From the IMG/VR virus record IMGVR_UViG_3300044451_000155, positions 1 to 26,222 of that record: DNA of 26,222 nt. The stretch is one strand, 5' to 3'. The first letter of the stretch is position 1. Every line of letters begins with the position of its first letter. This document shows positions 17,743 through 25,662 of the stretch, piece by piece. The stretch is from a virus. Taxonomy: Duplodnaviria > Caudoviricetes. Below the pieces are notes generated by a model that saw nothing but the letters and a program-made list of their open reading frames with translations, was not told the DNA's origin and made no database searches. The translations under genes and the position numbers were made by a program.

Positions 17743-18732
17743 TTATTGAATTGTGATGTTTTCAACGAGGCCTACTTTCTCGTAGGCTTCAATGACGTAA
17801 GCTTCATTTGAAGATTGGTAATCTTCAATGCGGTTCTTACTTGGCTTTTCATTAATGTGACGACGCTTTGCATCTTTCTGATAGTAAATCGAGAGGTTAT
17901 CAAGCGAAGTAACAAGAAGGGCATTGTCTGGGAAGTGAGGTACACGGATTGCAGGTAAACCACCAATTTGCTTTTGGCCAACCAAGATCTGACCAGCTAA
18001 AACATTCTGGTTATCTGCAGCGTTGTTTACGATTGGGAAGTTTTTATCTGCAAGTAACTGACGGCCACAAATTACGACTAAATCAGTGTCATCTTGATGC
18101 ACTTCATCAATCAGCTCATTAACAACGTCTTGCACAAGAGCATCAAGATTTTTGTATGTACCTGTAGCGCCTACAGTCACATCCGCCATTACTCGATCAG
18201 CAGCATTTAGACGAATTTTTTCTAACCAACCTACGTTCACATCCTGAAGTTTTGGGTTAGTCGCTCGGTTCGTTGTAGCCGCTGCAGTTTTACCGTTAAA
18301 GCCGATCATGATGCGATCTAATGCAATAGATTTGGCAATAGCGTTCGTCCAACGTGCATGAAAATCTGGGAATACGGCCCATGCATCAAGCTTTTCATAA
18401 CCTATGGCAACGTCAAAATCAGTTTTGATACATTCATAGTTATCTGCACCGAAACCCGTTGGATCTACTGGGGTACGCTCACCAGAACCTGAAGTATCTG
18501 TACGACCGGCAATTGTTTGGTTTACAGATAAACCAATCGCTTGACCTTTAGGATTAATCACACCAATGACATTGATCTTAGATAAAAATTCGCTAGAAGC
18601 TTGAATTTTATCTTCCATCTTTTGAGCTGGTACCGGCGCGACATTAAAGGTATGTGCTACAGATTCAACGCCATTAATTTGGGCCAGTTTTTGAAGACTG
18701 TGGTTATATTTAATTCGTGTATCGTTACGCAT
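17743..18732 (-). CDS. gpN: Major capsid protein gpN
   Basis: MRNDTR, SSEFLSKIN, ALDRIMIGFNG, NPKLQDVNVGWLEKIR, YQSSNEAYVIEAY. Confidence 0.96.
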   Translation of the reverse strand: MRNDTRIKYNHSLQKLAQINGVESVAHTFNVAPVPAQKMEDKIQASSEFLSKINVIGVINPKGQAIGLSVNQTIAGRTDTSGSGERTPVDPTGFGADNYECIKTDFDVAIGYEKLDAWAVFPDFHARWTNAIAKSIALDRIMIGFNGKTAAATTNRATNPKLQDVNVGWLEKIRLNAADRVMADVTVGATGTYKNLDALVQDVVNELIDEVHQDDTDLVVICGRQLLADKNFPIVNNAADNQNVLAGQILVGQKQIGGLPAIRVPHFPDNALLVTSLDNLSIYYQKDAKRRHINEKPSKNRIEDYQSSNEAYVIEAYEKVGLVENITIQ

Positions 18733-18747
18733 AAGTTCGCTCGCTAA

Positions 18748-19551
18748 TTAGCAATCAATTTGTTCTGAATAATTGCCTGTATTTTCGGGAGCAGGCGGAG
18801 TATCAGGGTGAGGTTCTTGACTCAGCTTTACTTTCAAAGCTTTAAAGTCTTTTTCGAGGGTGGAGTACTTTGTTTTGAACTCTTGGAGTTCTTGTTGAGT
18901 TTCACCAAAGGTTTTAGCAATCTGCTCAATTGACTTTGCAACTTCAGTAAATTGGCCTTTGTTTTTCTGATCCTGTTCTTCATGTTGTGGCTTTAGCCAA
19001 TTCATAACGGTATTGAACAAACCTGTAACTGCCAGCTCTTCTTCAAACTGTAAATCGACTTCTTCAGCAGCAGTGAAAAGGTTGTTTTTATGCTGCTTTT
19101 TAGAAGTAAAGGGACTCGCTTCAGGATTATTTGCCGCGAACTCCATGATTTGCGTACCTAAAGAAGCAGGAGTATCAGTGAACGCAATACCAACTAAGTA
19201 AGCTTCATTGGTATCTGCAAAGTTGGGATTAACTTCAATTGAGTTAAACAATTTTTGATTTCGGCCATGCATCTCAATAAGATTATCGAAGGCTTCAAGC
19301 TGAGCATATAAAGCCCATTTCTTTTGACCTGCAATTTCATCTTCTTGGGCTTTCAATGCGATTACTTTTGCATAATTTCCAAAAGTAGAATCTGGCGAAA
19401 TACCACGGAAGTGTTCAATATTTGCCATGGCTGTATAAGTATTCTGGCTATAGTTCTTAGCCATTTGTTTAATCCAAGCTGCTTCAATCTGGCGGCCATC
19501 GGTTGTGGCTCCAGCAACTGCAACTCGATAAAACTTGGATTTCTTACTCAT
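18748..19551 (-). CDS. gpO: Capsid scaffolding protein/protease gpO
   Basis: Probable start MSKKSKFYRVAVAGATTDGRQI at 19551 with AGGA SD; YLVGIAFTDTPASLGT; ends in DC as P2 gpO does. Confidence 0.94.
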   Translation of the reverse strand: MSKKSKFYRVAVAGATTDGRQIEAAWIKQMAKNYSQNTYTAMANIEHFRGISPDSTFGNYAKVIALKAQEDEIAGQKKWALYAQLEAFDNLIEMHGRNQKLFNSIEVNPNFADTNEAYLVGIAFTDTPASLGTQIMEFAANNPEASPFTSKKQHKNNLFTAAEEVDLQFEEELAVTGLFNTVMNWLKPQHEEQDQKNKGQFTEVAKSIEQIAKTFGETQQELQEFKTKYSTLEKDFKALKVKLSQEPHPDTPPAPENTGNYSEQIDC

Positions 19552-19640
19552 GAGGTTTGAATCCTGCTTAATATTTAAATAATTCATAATTTACGTAATA
19601 AGCAGAATCGGAATTAAACCTAAAAGAATCAACGAAGCTC

Positions 19641-19665
19641 CCTTGTGAAAACTGTTTTCACAAGG
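19641..19665. promoter_or_regulatory. Shared late promoter activator (Ogr) box for divergent O and P operons
   Basis: Perfect palindrome CCTTGTGAAAA-ctg-TTTTCACAAGG between the divergent O and P starts. Confidence 0.8.
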
Positions 19666-19708
19666 TCTGTACAGTGAATCAATAAATTGAAGTTGGCTTA
19701 ATAAGCCA

Positions 19709-21493
19709 ATGAATACGACACCTGAAAATACAACTCTGACTTTTGATAACCGCCTCTTAGCAAAGTTCTTATACTGGATGGGGTGGCGAATCAGCTCGAT
19801 TGCAGAATACTTAAAAGAAAAAGACAAAAATGTTCATGCATGGAAGGCAAGAGATGAATGGGACGAGCAAGCTCCAGAAGGACGTGTTGCACAGGCTTTA
19901 GAAGCCCAACTTGTAAAGTTAATTATTCTTGAAAAGAAAACACCGGGTGATTTTAAAGAAATTGATTTGCTTATGCGCCAGCTTGAGCGTATGGCTAAAA
20001 TCAATAAATATAACAATGGTGGAAATGAAACTGACCTCAACCCAAATTTAAAAAATAGAAACGCAGGTCAACGTAAACCCACTGCTAGAAATGTGCTGAC
20101 AGAAGAACAAATAGAAAAGCTTCTTGAAGACTTTGACGAGGGCTTATTTGAATATCAAAAAGTTTGGTACCGTGCTCGTGAACAACGGAACCGTGCTTTA
20201 TTAAAATCACGTCAGATTGGTGCAACATTCTACTTTGCTCGTGAAGCTTTAATCAAAGCTGTGACAACAGGCAGAAATCAGATTTTTCTATCCGCTTCTA
20301 AAGCTCAGGCGCATGGTTTTAAAACTTATATTAAAGACTTTGTTCTTCAGTCAATTGGCGTAGATCTACAGGGTGATCCAATCACAATCACTCTACCGAC
20401 CAATGAAACAGTTCAGCTCATTTTTTTAAGTACAAATGCTAAGACTGCCCAAAGTTACCATGGCGATTTGTACTTTGATGAGTTCTTTTGGGTTCATGGC
20501 TTTGCCACACTTAAAAAAGTGGCCTCTGCAATGGCAGCCCAAAAACAATATAAAAAGACCTACTTTTCTACACCTTCAAGCAAATCACATGAAGCCTATA
20601 AGTTCTGGACAGGTGAGGCTTATAACAAGGGCCGAACTAAAGATAAACAGGTTGAAGTCGATACAAGTCACGAAGCATTAAGAAATGGCGCTCTTTGTAA
20701 TGACCAAATGTGGCGACACATCGTCAATATTTATGATGCTGAACGTCAAGGCTGTGACCTGTTTGATATTGATGAACTCATTGCAGAAAACAGTGCGGAA
20801 GAGTTTGCAAACTTGTACATGTGTGAGTTTGTCGATGACGGACAGAGTGTATTCCCATTGAGCCTTATCCAACCTTGTATGGTCGACTCATGGGAACTTT
20901 GGGCAAAAGACTTTAAACCATTAGCAATAAGACCATTTGGAAGTAAACAAGTCTGGGTGGGCTATGACCCAGCAGAGTCTGGAGATAGCGCTGGCTTGGT
21001 GGTAGTTGCTCCGCCTGAACCAACTTATAACAAGTTTCGTTTATTAGAACATCATCAGTTCAAAGGAATGGACTTTGCGAGTCAGGCACTTTTTATCAAG
21101 AAAATTTGCCAAAAATATCGGGTGACTTATCTCGGTATGGATAAGTCAGGCATGGGGACTGGTATTGCTCAGTTAGTTCTAGATTTCTTTCCAAACCTGA
21201 CGACCTTTACCTATTCAGTTGATGTCAAAACCCAATTAGTCATGAAGGGCATGGACGTTATCAACAAAGGACGTTTTGAGTTTGATGCTGGTTCTACTGA
21301 AGTAGCTCAATCCTTAATGGCCATAAAAAAGACCCTCACAGCTTCTCAAAAGCAAATGACTTTTGAAGCTTCACGTGCCGAAAATATTGGGCACGCCGAT
21401 CTAGCTTTTGCCATTTTTCATGCCTTCTTTAATGAACCGTTATCTTTAGAAAATGACGGAAATTCTAAAAAATCCTCTATGGAGATTTACTAA
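19709..21493 (+). CDS. gpP: Terminase large (ATPase) subunit gpP
   Basis: LKSRQIGATFYFAREA, NQIFLSASKAQA, DLYFDEFFW, VWVGYDPA, GHADLAFA. Confidence 0.96.
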   Translation: MNTTPENTTLTFDNRLLAKFLYWMGWRISSIAEYLKEKDKNVHAWKARDEWDEQAPEGRVAQALEAQLVKLIILEKKTPGDFKEIDLLMRQLERMAKINKYNNGGNETDLNPNLKNRNAGQRKPTARNVLTEEQIEKLLEDFDEGLFEYQKVWYRAREQRNRALLKSRQIGATFYFAREALIKAVTTGRNQIFLSASKAQAHGFKTYIKDFVLQSIGVDLQGDPITITLPTNETVQLIFLSTNAKTAQSYHGDLYFDEFFWVHGFATLKKVASAMAAQKQYKKTYFSTPSSKSHEAYKFWTGEAYNKGRTKDKQVEVDTSHEALRNGALCNDQMWRHIVNIYDAERQGCDLFDIDELIAENSAEEFANLYMCEFVDDGQSVFPLSLIQPCMVDSWELWAKDFKPLAIRPFGSKQVWVGYDPAESGDSAGLVVVAPPEPTYNKFRLLEHHQFKGMDFASQALFIKKICQKYRVTYLGMDKSGMGTGIAQLVLDFFPNLTTFTYSVDVKTQLVMKGMDVINKGRFEFDAGSTEVAQSLMAIKKTLTASQKQMTFEASRAENIGHADLAFAIFHAFFNEPLSLENDGNSKKSSMEIY

Positions 21494-22480
21494 ATGTCAG
21501 ACAGTAAAGTTCAAGCTTTTTCTTTCGGAGATCCAGAGCCGGTTCTTAATAATCATGACTTTTCAGATTACTTTGAAACTTGGCTTAATGGACGTTATTT
21601 TGAACCACACATTAGCTTAAATGGTCTGGCAAAATCTTTCCGTTCAACACCATATCTTTCAACAGCCATTATCTATAAAAAGAATCAGCTTGTTTCATCA
21701 TTTAAACCACATAAACTGCTTAGCTCTGCAAATTTTGAACGAATCGTTTTAGACAATCTTGTTTATGGCAATGGATATTTACAACGCATAGATAACCGCT
21801 TAAAAGATCCCCTTCAATTCAAAGGTTTGATGGGTAAATATGTACGTCGAATGAAGGAACCTAATAGCTTTCTAATGTTGATGGATGGGTTTAATGAACA
21901 CGAGTTTGTAGAGGGTTCAATTTGTCATATTAAGACTTCAGATGTTGACCAAGAAATTTACGGCTCACCAGAATACTTATCAGCATTACAGTCTGCTTGG
22001 TTAAACGAGTCAGCAACTCTTTTTCGTCGTAAGTACTACAACAATGGGTCCCACGCAGGTTTCATCTTGTATATGACAGATTCAGGTATAGACGATGAAG
22101 ATGTGGAGTCACTCAAACAAGCCATGAAAGACTCACGTGGACCAGGAAACTTCAAAAATTTATTTCTTCATGCACCAGGTGGTAAAAAAGATGGTCTTCA
22201 ACTCATCCCTATTAGTGAACTAGCTGCTAAAGATGAATTTCTTAATATCAAATCAATCACACGTGACGACATTCTTGCTGCCTTCAGAACCCCACCGCAA
22301 CTGCTAGGAATCATCCCATCAAATGCTGGAGGGTTTGGTTCAATTAAAGATGCGAGAGAAGCGTATTGGTATAATGAAATTATTCCAGTGCAGGCAAGAA
22401 TTGCTGATAGTGTGAATGAGTGGGCAGGAGATAAAATTATTGGATTCAAATCTTTTGAAGAAGTGCATCCAGTTTCTTAA
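21494..22480 (+). CDS. gpQ: Portal protein gpQ (PBSX family)
   Basis: AFSFGDPEPVL, QEIYGSPEYLSALQSAWLNESATLFRRKYYNNGSHAGFILY, GPGNFKNLF. Confidence 0.96.
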   Translation: MSDSKVQAFSFGDPEPVLNNHDFSDYFETWLNGRYFEPHISLNGLAKSFRSTPYLSTAIIYKKNQLVSSFKPHKLLSSANFERIVLDNLVYGNGYLQRIDNRLKDPLQFKGLMGKYVRRMKEPNSFLMLMDGFNEHEFVEGSICHIKTSDVDQEIYGSPEYLSALQSAWLNESATLFRRKYYNNGSHAGFILYMTDSGIDDEDVESLKQAMKDSRGPGNFKNLFLHAPGGKKDGLQLIPISELAAKDEFLNIKSITRDDILAAFRTPPQLLGIIPSNAGGFGSIKDAREAYWYNEIIPVQARIADSVNEWAGDKIIGFKSFEEVHPVS

Positions 22481-22491
22481 TACAATTTAGT

Positions 22492-23217
22492 TTATTTAGT
22501 GAAATTCATGATTAGGGACCTATAGTCTAATTGCCTATAGTAATTATAAGTCGGCACGAGACTTTCACTTCGAATTCTTAAAACGTTATGAATAAAGTGG
22601 TTAAAACTCTGGCTCCTTGAGGATAGTTCATGAATTTCTTTTTCCTTTTTTAAAGGTCTAGTCAAGCGTTTATAAGATTTTGCATCTTTAACTGCAATCA
22701 TTTTTTGTTGAGTTAAATACCGAAACATTTTTGGTTCACAGTCAACAATTTCTTTTGATACGTGGTTGTAATGTGCAAGAATCCAACATTCAATAGAATG
22801 CACACAAACACAGAAAATGATTTTATTTTGACAATCTACGTATTGGATATGAGAAGACGCATTAATCCATTCTTTTAACTTATTTTCAATATCAATAATA
22901 AATTGTGAATGGTCTCCATTCTTTTTAATATTGATTTCAACGCCAAAATTGACATGATATCCTTCATCACCATCTATATGGATTAATAGATAATCGTGGA
23001 CATCTAATTGAGTTTTGAATTCTAAAGTTGTTAAAAAGTCTTTTAGTCTTTCCCATCCGCCTTTTCTATCATTCCTCTCATATTGTGGCTTACTATAGTC
23101 AATAGGAGGGGGCGCAAGTTCTGTAATATCTATCTCATCTTCATCAAATAAACCATAAAAAATATTTTCTAAAACAGCAAGATCTGTAGCACCTTCACAA
23201 ATAAAACCAATACGCAT
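22492..23217 (-). CDS. TOPRIM-like (RloB/DUF4276-like) putative nuclease, partner of the ABC ATPase
   Basis: Probable start MRIGFICEGATD at 23217 (13 nt after the ATPase stop); EGxxD, IHIDGD (DxD) and SIECWIL motifs. Confidence 0.7.
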   Translation of the reverse strand: MRIGFICEGATDLAVLENIFYGLFDEDEIDITELAPPPIDYSKPQYERNDRKGGWERLKDFLTTLEFKTQLDVHDYLLIHIDGDEGYHVNFGVEINIKKNGDHSQFIIDIENKLKEWINASSHIQYVDCQNKIIFCVCVHSIECWILAHYNHVSKEIVDCEPKMFRYLTQQKMIAVKDAKSYKRLTRPLKKEKEIHELSSRSQSFNHFIHNVLRIRSESLVPTYNYYRQLDYRSLIMNFTK

Positions 23218-23230
23218 TTTCTTATACCGT

Positions 23231-24535
23231 TTAGAAATTTTTAGGTAAACCACCTAGATAACCACGAATAAATGCTTCAGAAAGTCTTAAAGCCTCTGAG
23301 CTATCCAGTATTTCCTTAGGTAAATTATCCCGGTTCATTCTTTTTAATTTAGTGTGGCCATCTGAATTACGAGAAACTACAAAAAGCGCTTGTTCTTCAT
23401 CATATAAATTTAATCCATCTAAAATAGCTGGATTATGGGTCGTCACAAATACTTGCTTATCATACTTTTTTGCGAATTTAATTAGCAGTTCGATTAAAAC
23501 CCTACACATTTTAGGATTTAAAGAAGCATCAATATTATCAATTGCAAATATTTTGGGTGTGTTTTTTGAACAGAATAAAGTTACATAGAATAATACAAAT
23601 AGAAAACCTTCATTTGCACTGCGTTGATCTAGTTCTTGAACTAGATATTGATCTGTAATGCTTATTTTATGATCTAAAGGATTTGTACTATCACTAATGT
23701 CGATCGATTCCACCCAATCAAATTTAGATGCAGAACTAATAATGTCAGAAAAAGAGTCTGCATAAATAGTTTTATTTTCTATTTCTAAATCACGTTCAGC
23801 TTTTATTCTTTGGATTTGTTTGAATAAACCTTCACCATTGACTCCTAATGGTAATATTTGACCCTCTTTAACTAAGTTTTTTAATGCGCTATTTTCAGGA
23901 GAGTAGATTAAAAACTTATCTAGAAATTTGGGTCTTTTCCCAGTACCTAAAGAAATAGAAATATTTTCAAGTAATGCTTTTTTCTCACTTTTACTCATCT
24001 GGTCGATTAGTGTTTTAAAAAGGTTGAGGGCATTTTCATCATCTATATTAATTTCATTTTTCATTAAATTTTTATTTGATTTTGTTAAATCAGCCATTAA
24101 ATTTTGCATGGATTCAGTTAAGCCAATTTTAATCGAAGTCTCATGATCAACTTTTATTTTAGTTTTAGACTTAATATTATTTGAAGTTGAAACTAGTTCA
24201 ATTTTATTATCTGATAAATCAACCATATCTTCTGAAAAATCAACTGAAGCTTTATGATCTTGATTAGAAGAGGTGTCAGTAATTTCTATACTAAAATGTT
24301 TAGTATCATGATCAAAAAGTGATAATAATTCTTTTGGTTCTGTAAATCGGATACCTCTTGGCCATAAGAACTCATGATCAAATTTTCCAGTTTCGATTGC
24401 GCTGTAGACAGCTATAGCTTCAAGAAAATTACTTTTTCCAGCTCCATTTTCACCAATAATTACGTTAAATCGACCAACTTTTACGTCTACTTTTTTAACT
24501 GACTTAAAATTTTCAATTTTAACTTGCTTAAGCAT
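23231..24535 (-). CDS. ABC-superfamily (AAA_15/AAA_21-like) ATPase, putative defence sensor
   Basis: IENFKSV, Walker A GENGAGKS, signature-like RSANEG, Walker B FAIDNIDASLNP, H-switch VFVTTHNP; visibly more AT-rich than the structural genes. Confidence 0.88.
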   Translation of the reverse strand: MLKQVKIENFKSVKKVDVKVGRFNVIIGENGAGKSNFLEAIAVYSAIETGKFDHEFLWPRGIRFTEPKELLSLFDHDTKHFSIEITDTSSNQDHKASVDFSEDMVDLSDNKIELVSTSNNIKSKTKIKVDHETSIKIGLTESMQNLMADLTKSNKNLMKNEINIDDENALNLFKTLIDQMSKSEKKALLENISISLGTGKRPKFLDKFLIYSPENSALKNLVKEGQILPLGVNGEGLFKQIQRIKAERDLEIENKTIYADSFSDIISSASKFDWVESIDISDSTNPLDHKISITDQYLVQELDQRSANEGFLFVLFYVTLFCSKNTPKIFAIDNIDASLNPKMCRVLIELLIKFAKKYDKQVFVTTHNPAILDGLNLYDEEQALFVVSRNSDGHTKLKRMNRDNLPKEILDSSEALRLSEAFIRGYLGGLPKNF

Positions 24536-24599
24536 TTAAGTATCCTAACGTAACATTGCTAGTTGTATTTATGGGGTATTAACAAATATATCCAAGGCC

Positions 24600-24608
24600 A
24601 TTCTATCA
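24600..24608 (-). promoter_or_regulatory. Candidate extended -10 promoter for the ATPase-TOPRIM operon
   Basis: - strand TGATAGAAT (TGn + TAGAAT) ~65 bp upstream of the ATPase ATG, which has an AGGA SD. Confidence 0.45.
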
Positions 24609-24623
24609 GATTTAATAAGCGTA

Positions 24624-24652
24624 TTGACCCTTTTAAGTATCTAAGCTACTCT
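24624..24652 (+). promoter_or_regulatory. Sigma70-type promoter for the C4-like locus
   Basis: TTGACC (24624-29), 17-bp spacer, TACTCT (24647-52). Confidence 0.65.
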
Positions 24653-24675
24653 AAATTTACCACCCACATGGTGGT

Positions 24676-24742
24676 CGAGATTGGCGTCTCGTTTTGAAAA
24701 CAAAGCAGACAAACCGCTGCTAAAGCGGTATTTTTTTGTCTG
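24676..24742 (+). promoter_or_regulatory. Upstream C4/CI target site and terminator-like attenuator
   Basis: Hairpin CGAGA-TTGGCG-TCTCG, then TGAAAACAAAG, then ACCGCT-gctaa-AGCGGT-ATTTTTTT. Confidence 0.65.
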
Positions 24743-24763
24743 AAGGTTCGTTATGCCTTGTTA

Positions 24764-24844
24764 TGGCAGATCGGGCGATGGGACACTTGTGTCCACCGTC
24801 TTTCCTTTGTGTTCAACGGTACGCCAACTTCGTTCGGTCTGCCA
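24764..24844 (+). ncRNA. C4 (P1/P7) / CI (P4)-type antisense RNA
   Basis: Closing stem TGGCAGATCGGGCGA/TCGTTCGGTCTGCCA; hairpin GGACA-CTTG-TGTCC; stem ACCGT/ACGGT with loop CTTTCCTTTGTGTTCA; bulge ACGCCAA complementary to TTGGCGT at 24681 and 24850. Confidence 0.75.
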
Positions 24845-24901
24845 CCTCATTGGCGTGAGGTGGTAGAAATACCAAATGAACGCAAGGGGGGAAACATTCC
24901 C

Positions 24902-25111
24902 ATGACTCCATTATTAAAAGCTGGTAACAAGCCAGTCAGTCCAGAAGACTTACTTCAAACAATCAGTGACTCTCTTTCTAAACTAGAACACCATCTATCT
25001 GCTCTGTCACGCATGCACTTTGACGATGACCTACCAAGTGATGAGTTCAACGCCATCATGTGTGCGTTACACCTGCAGGTCCACGAGATCTGTCAGCAAG
25101 TGAAAGCCTGA
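24902..25111 (+). CDS. Small hypothetical protein (69 aa) downstream of the C4-like RNA
   Basis: MTPLLKAGNKPVSPEDLLQTISDSLSKLEHHLSALSRMHFDDDLPSDEFNAIMCALHLQVHEICQQVKA; purine-rich AAGGGGGGA SD upstream; amphipathic helical pattern. Confidence 0.65.
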   Translation: MTPLLKAGNKPVSPEDLLQTISDSLSKLEHHLSALSRMHFDDDLPSDEFNAIMCALHLQVHEICQQVKA

Positions 25112-25155
25112 CTAAAATCTGAAGAGAATGGGCCACAGTTGCTCATTCTCCTTCA

Positions 25156-25200
25156 GCGCGGGCGGTTGTCCCCCCACCACACCTGGGCAGTAAATATGTC
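25156..25200. other. cos-like packaging/cohesive end site
   Basis: GC-rich island GCGCGGGCGGTTGTCCCCCCACCACACCTGGGCAGTAAATATGTCG resembling P2-family cos regions (GCGCG..TCCCCGCC.CGCCTG..CGC), downstream of the portal gene and followed by several YTACA/CCACA short repeats. Confidence 0.65.
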
Positions 25201-25398
25201 GAATAGTCTACAAAAATTTAGCCACCCACATATGTGGGTAAAACGGCTGTAGATATGGCTTACGTTAGAGCAAAACACTACAAAATTGATTCTGCATTTT
25301 TCTACACGGTTTCCACAAATTTCCACAGAAAGAAATTCATTGAAAAGTCACGGTCTAAAATAGGCCTTTTAAAATCAAAATAAAAAATCTGAAATTAG

Positions 25399-25662
25399 GT
25401 AACACACACCTGAAAATACACTTAAGCATATGAATTAATTATGAAAAATCTGTTACTGGAAAAGGTAACATTAGGGAACAAGCTAGGTAACAAGTTAATT
25501 AAGTTATTGATAAATATTAAATTGTTTAGTAACGCTCTGTTACCTGAAAAGTGGGTAACATGTTACTTAGAAGTTACTTAATTGTTACTTTTTAAAATTA
25601 ATATATTTATATTATTATTCATATACTTAACTGGTATTTTTTAAATCTGTTACTTTTGTTAC
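25399..25662. repeat. GTAAC/GTTAC iteron-like array
   Basis: GTAAC at 25399, 25465, 25487, 25529, 25555; GTTAC at 25452, 25539, 25562, 25573, 25584, 25649, 25658. Confidence 0.8.
25500..25512 (-). promoter_or_regulatory. IHF consensus site
   Basis: TAAGTTATTGATA is the reverse complement of WATCAANNNNTTR. Confidence 0.55.

Noticed and set aside
17772-22449. ORFs 17772, 19013, 19324, 19591, 19834, 20436, 20678, 22198
   Set aside because: Alternative-frame or antisense overlaps of N, O, P and Q; none looks like a lipoprotein or embedded spanin.
23352-24146. + strand ORFs inside the ATPase gene
   Set aside because: Antisense shadows of an AT-rich coding region.
24660-24900. Retron msr-msd or type III antitoxin RNA for the adjacent ATPase operon
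   Set aside because: No reverse transcriptase or tandem repeat array in the window, opposite strand to the operon, and the internal complementarities fit the C4/CI architecture.
24758-24901. 117-aa version of the small ORF, and a 31-codon Ash-like frame (ATG 24763, MADRAMGHLCPP...YANFVRSATSLA)
   Set aside because: Both run through the structured RNA without a convincing SD; the pattern is better explained by RNA pairing. A leader-peptide role cannot be excluded.
25119-25156. Hairpin after the small ORF as an intrinsic terminator
   Set aside because: An imperfect stem exists, but no U-tract follows on the + strand; function unclear.
25399-25662. CRISPR array
   Set aside because: Repeats are only 5-7 bp, in mixed orientation and irregularly spaced.
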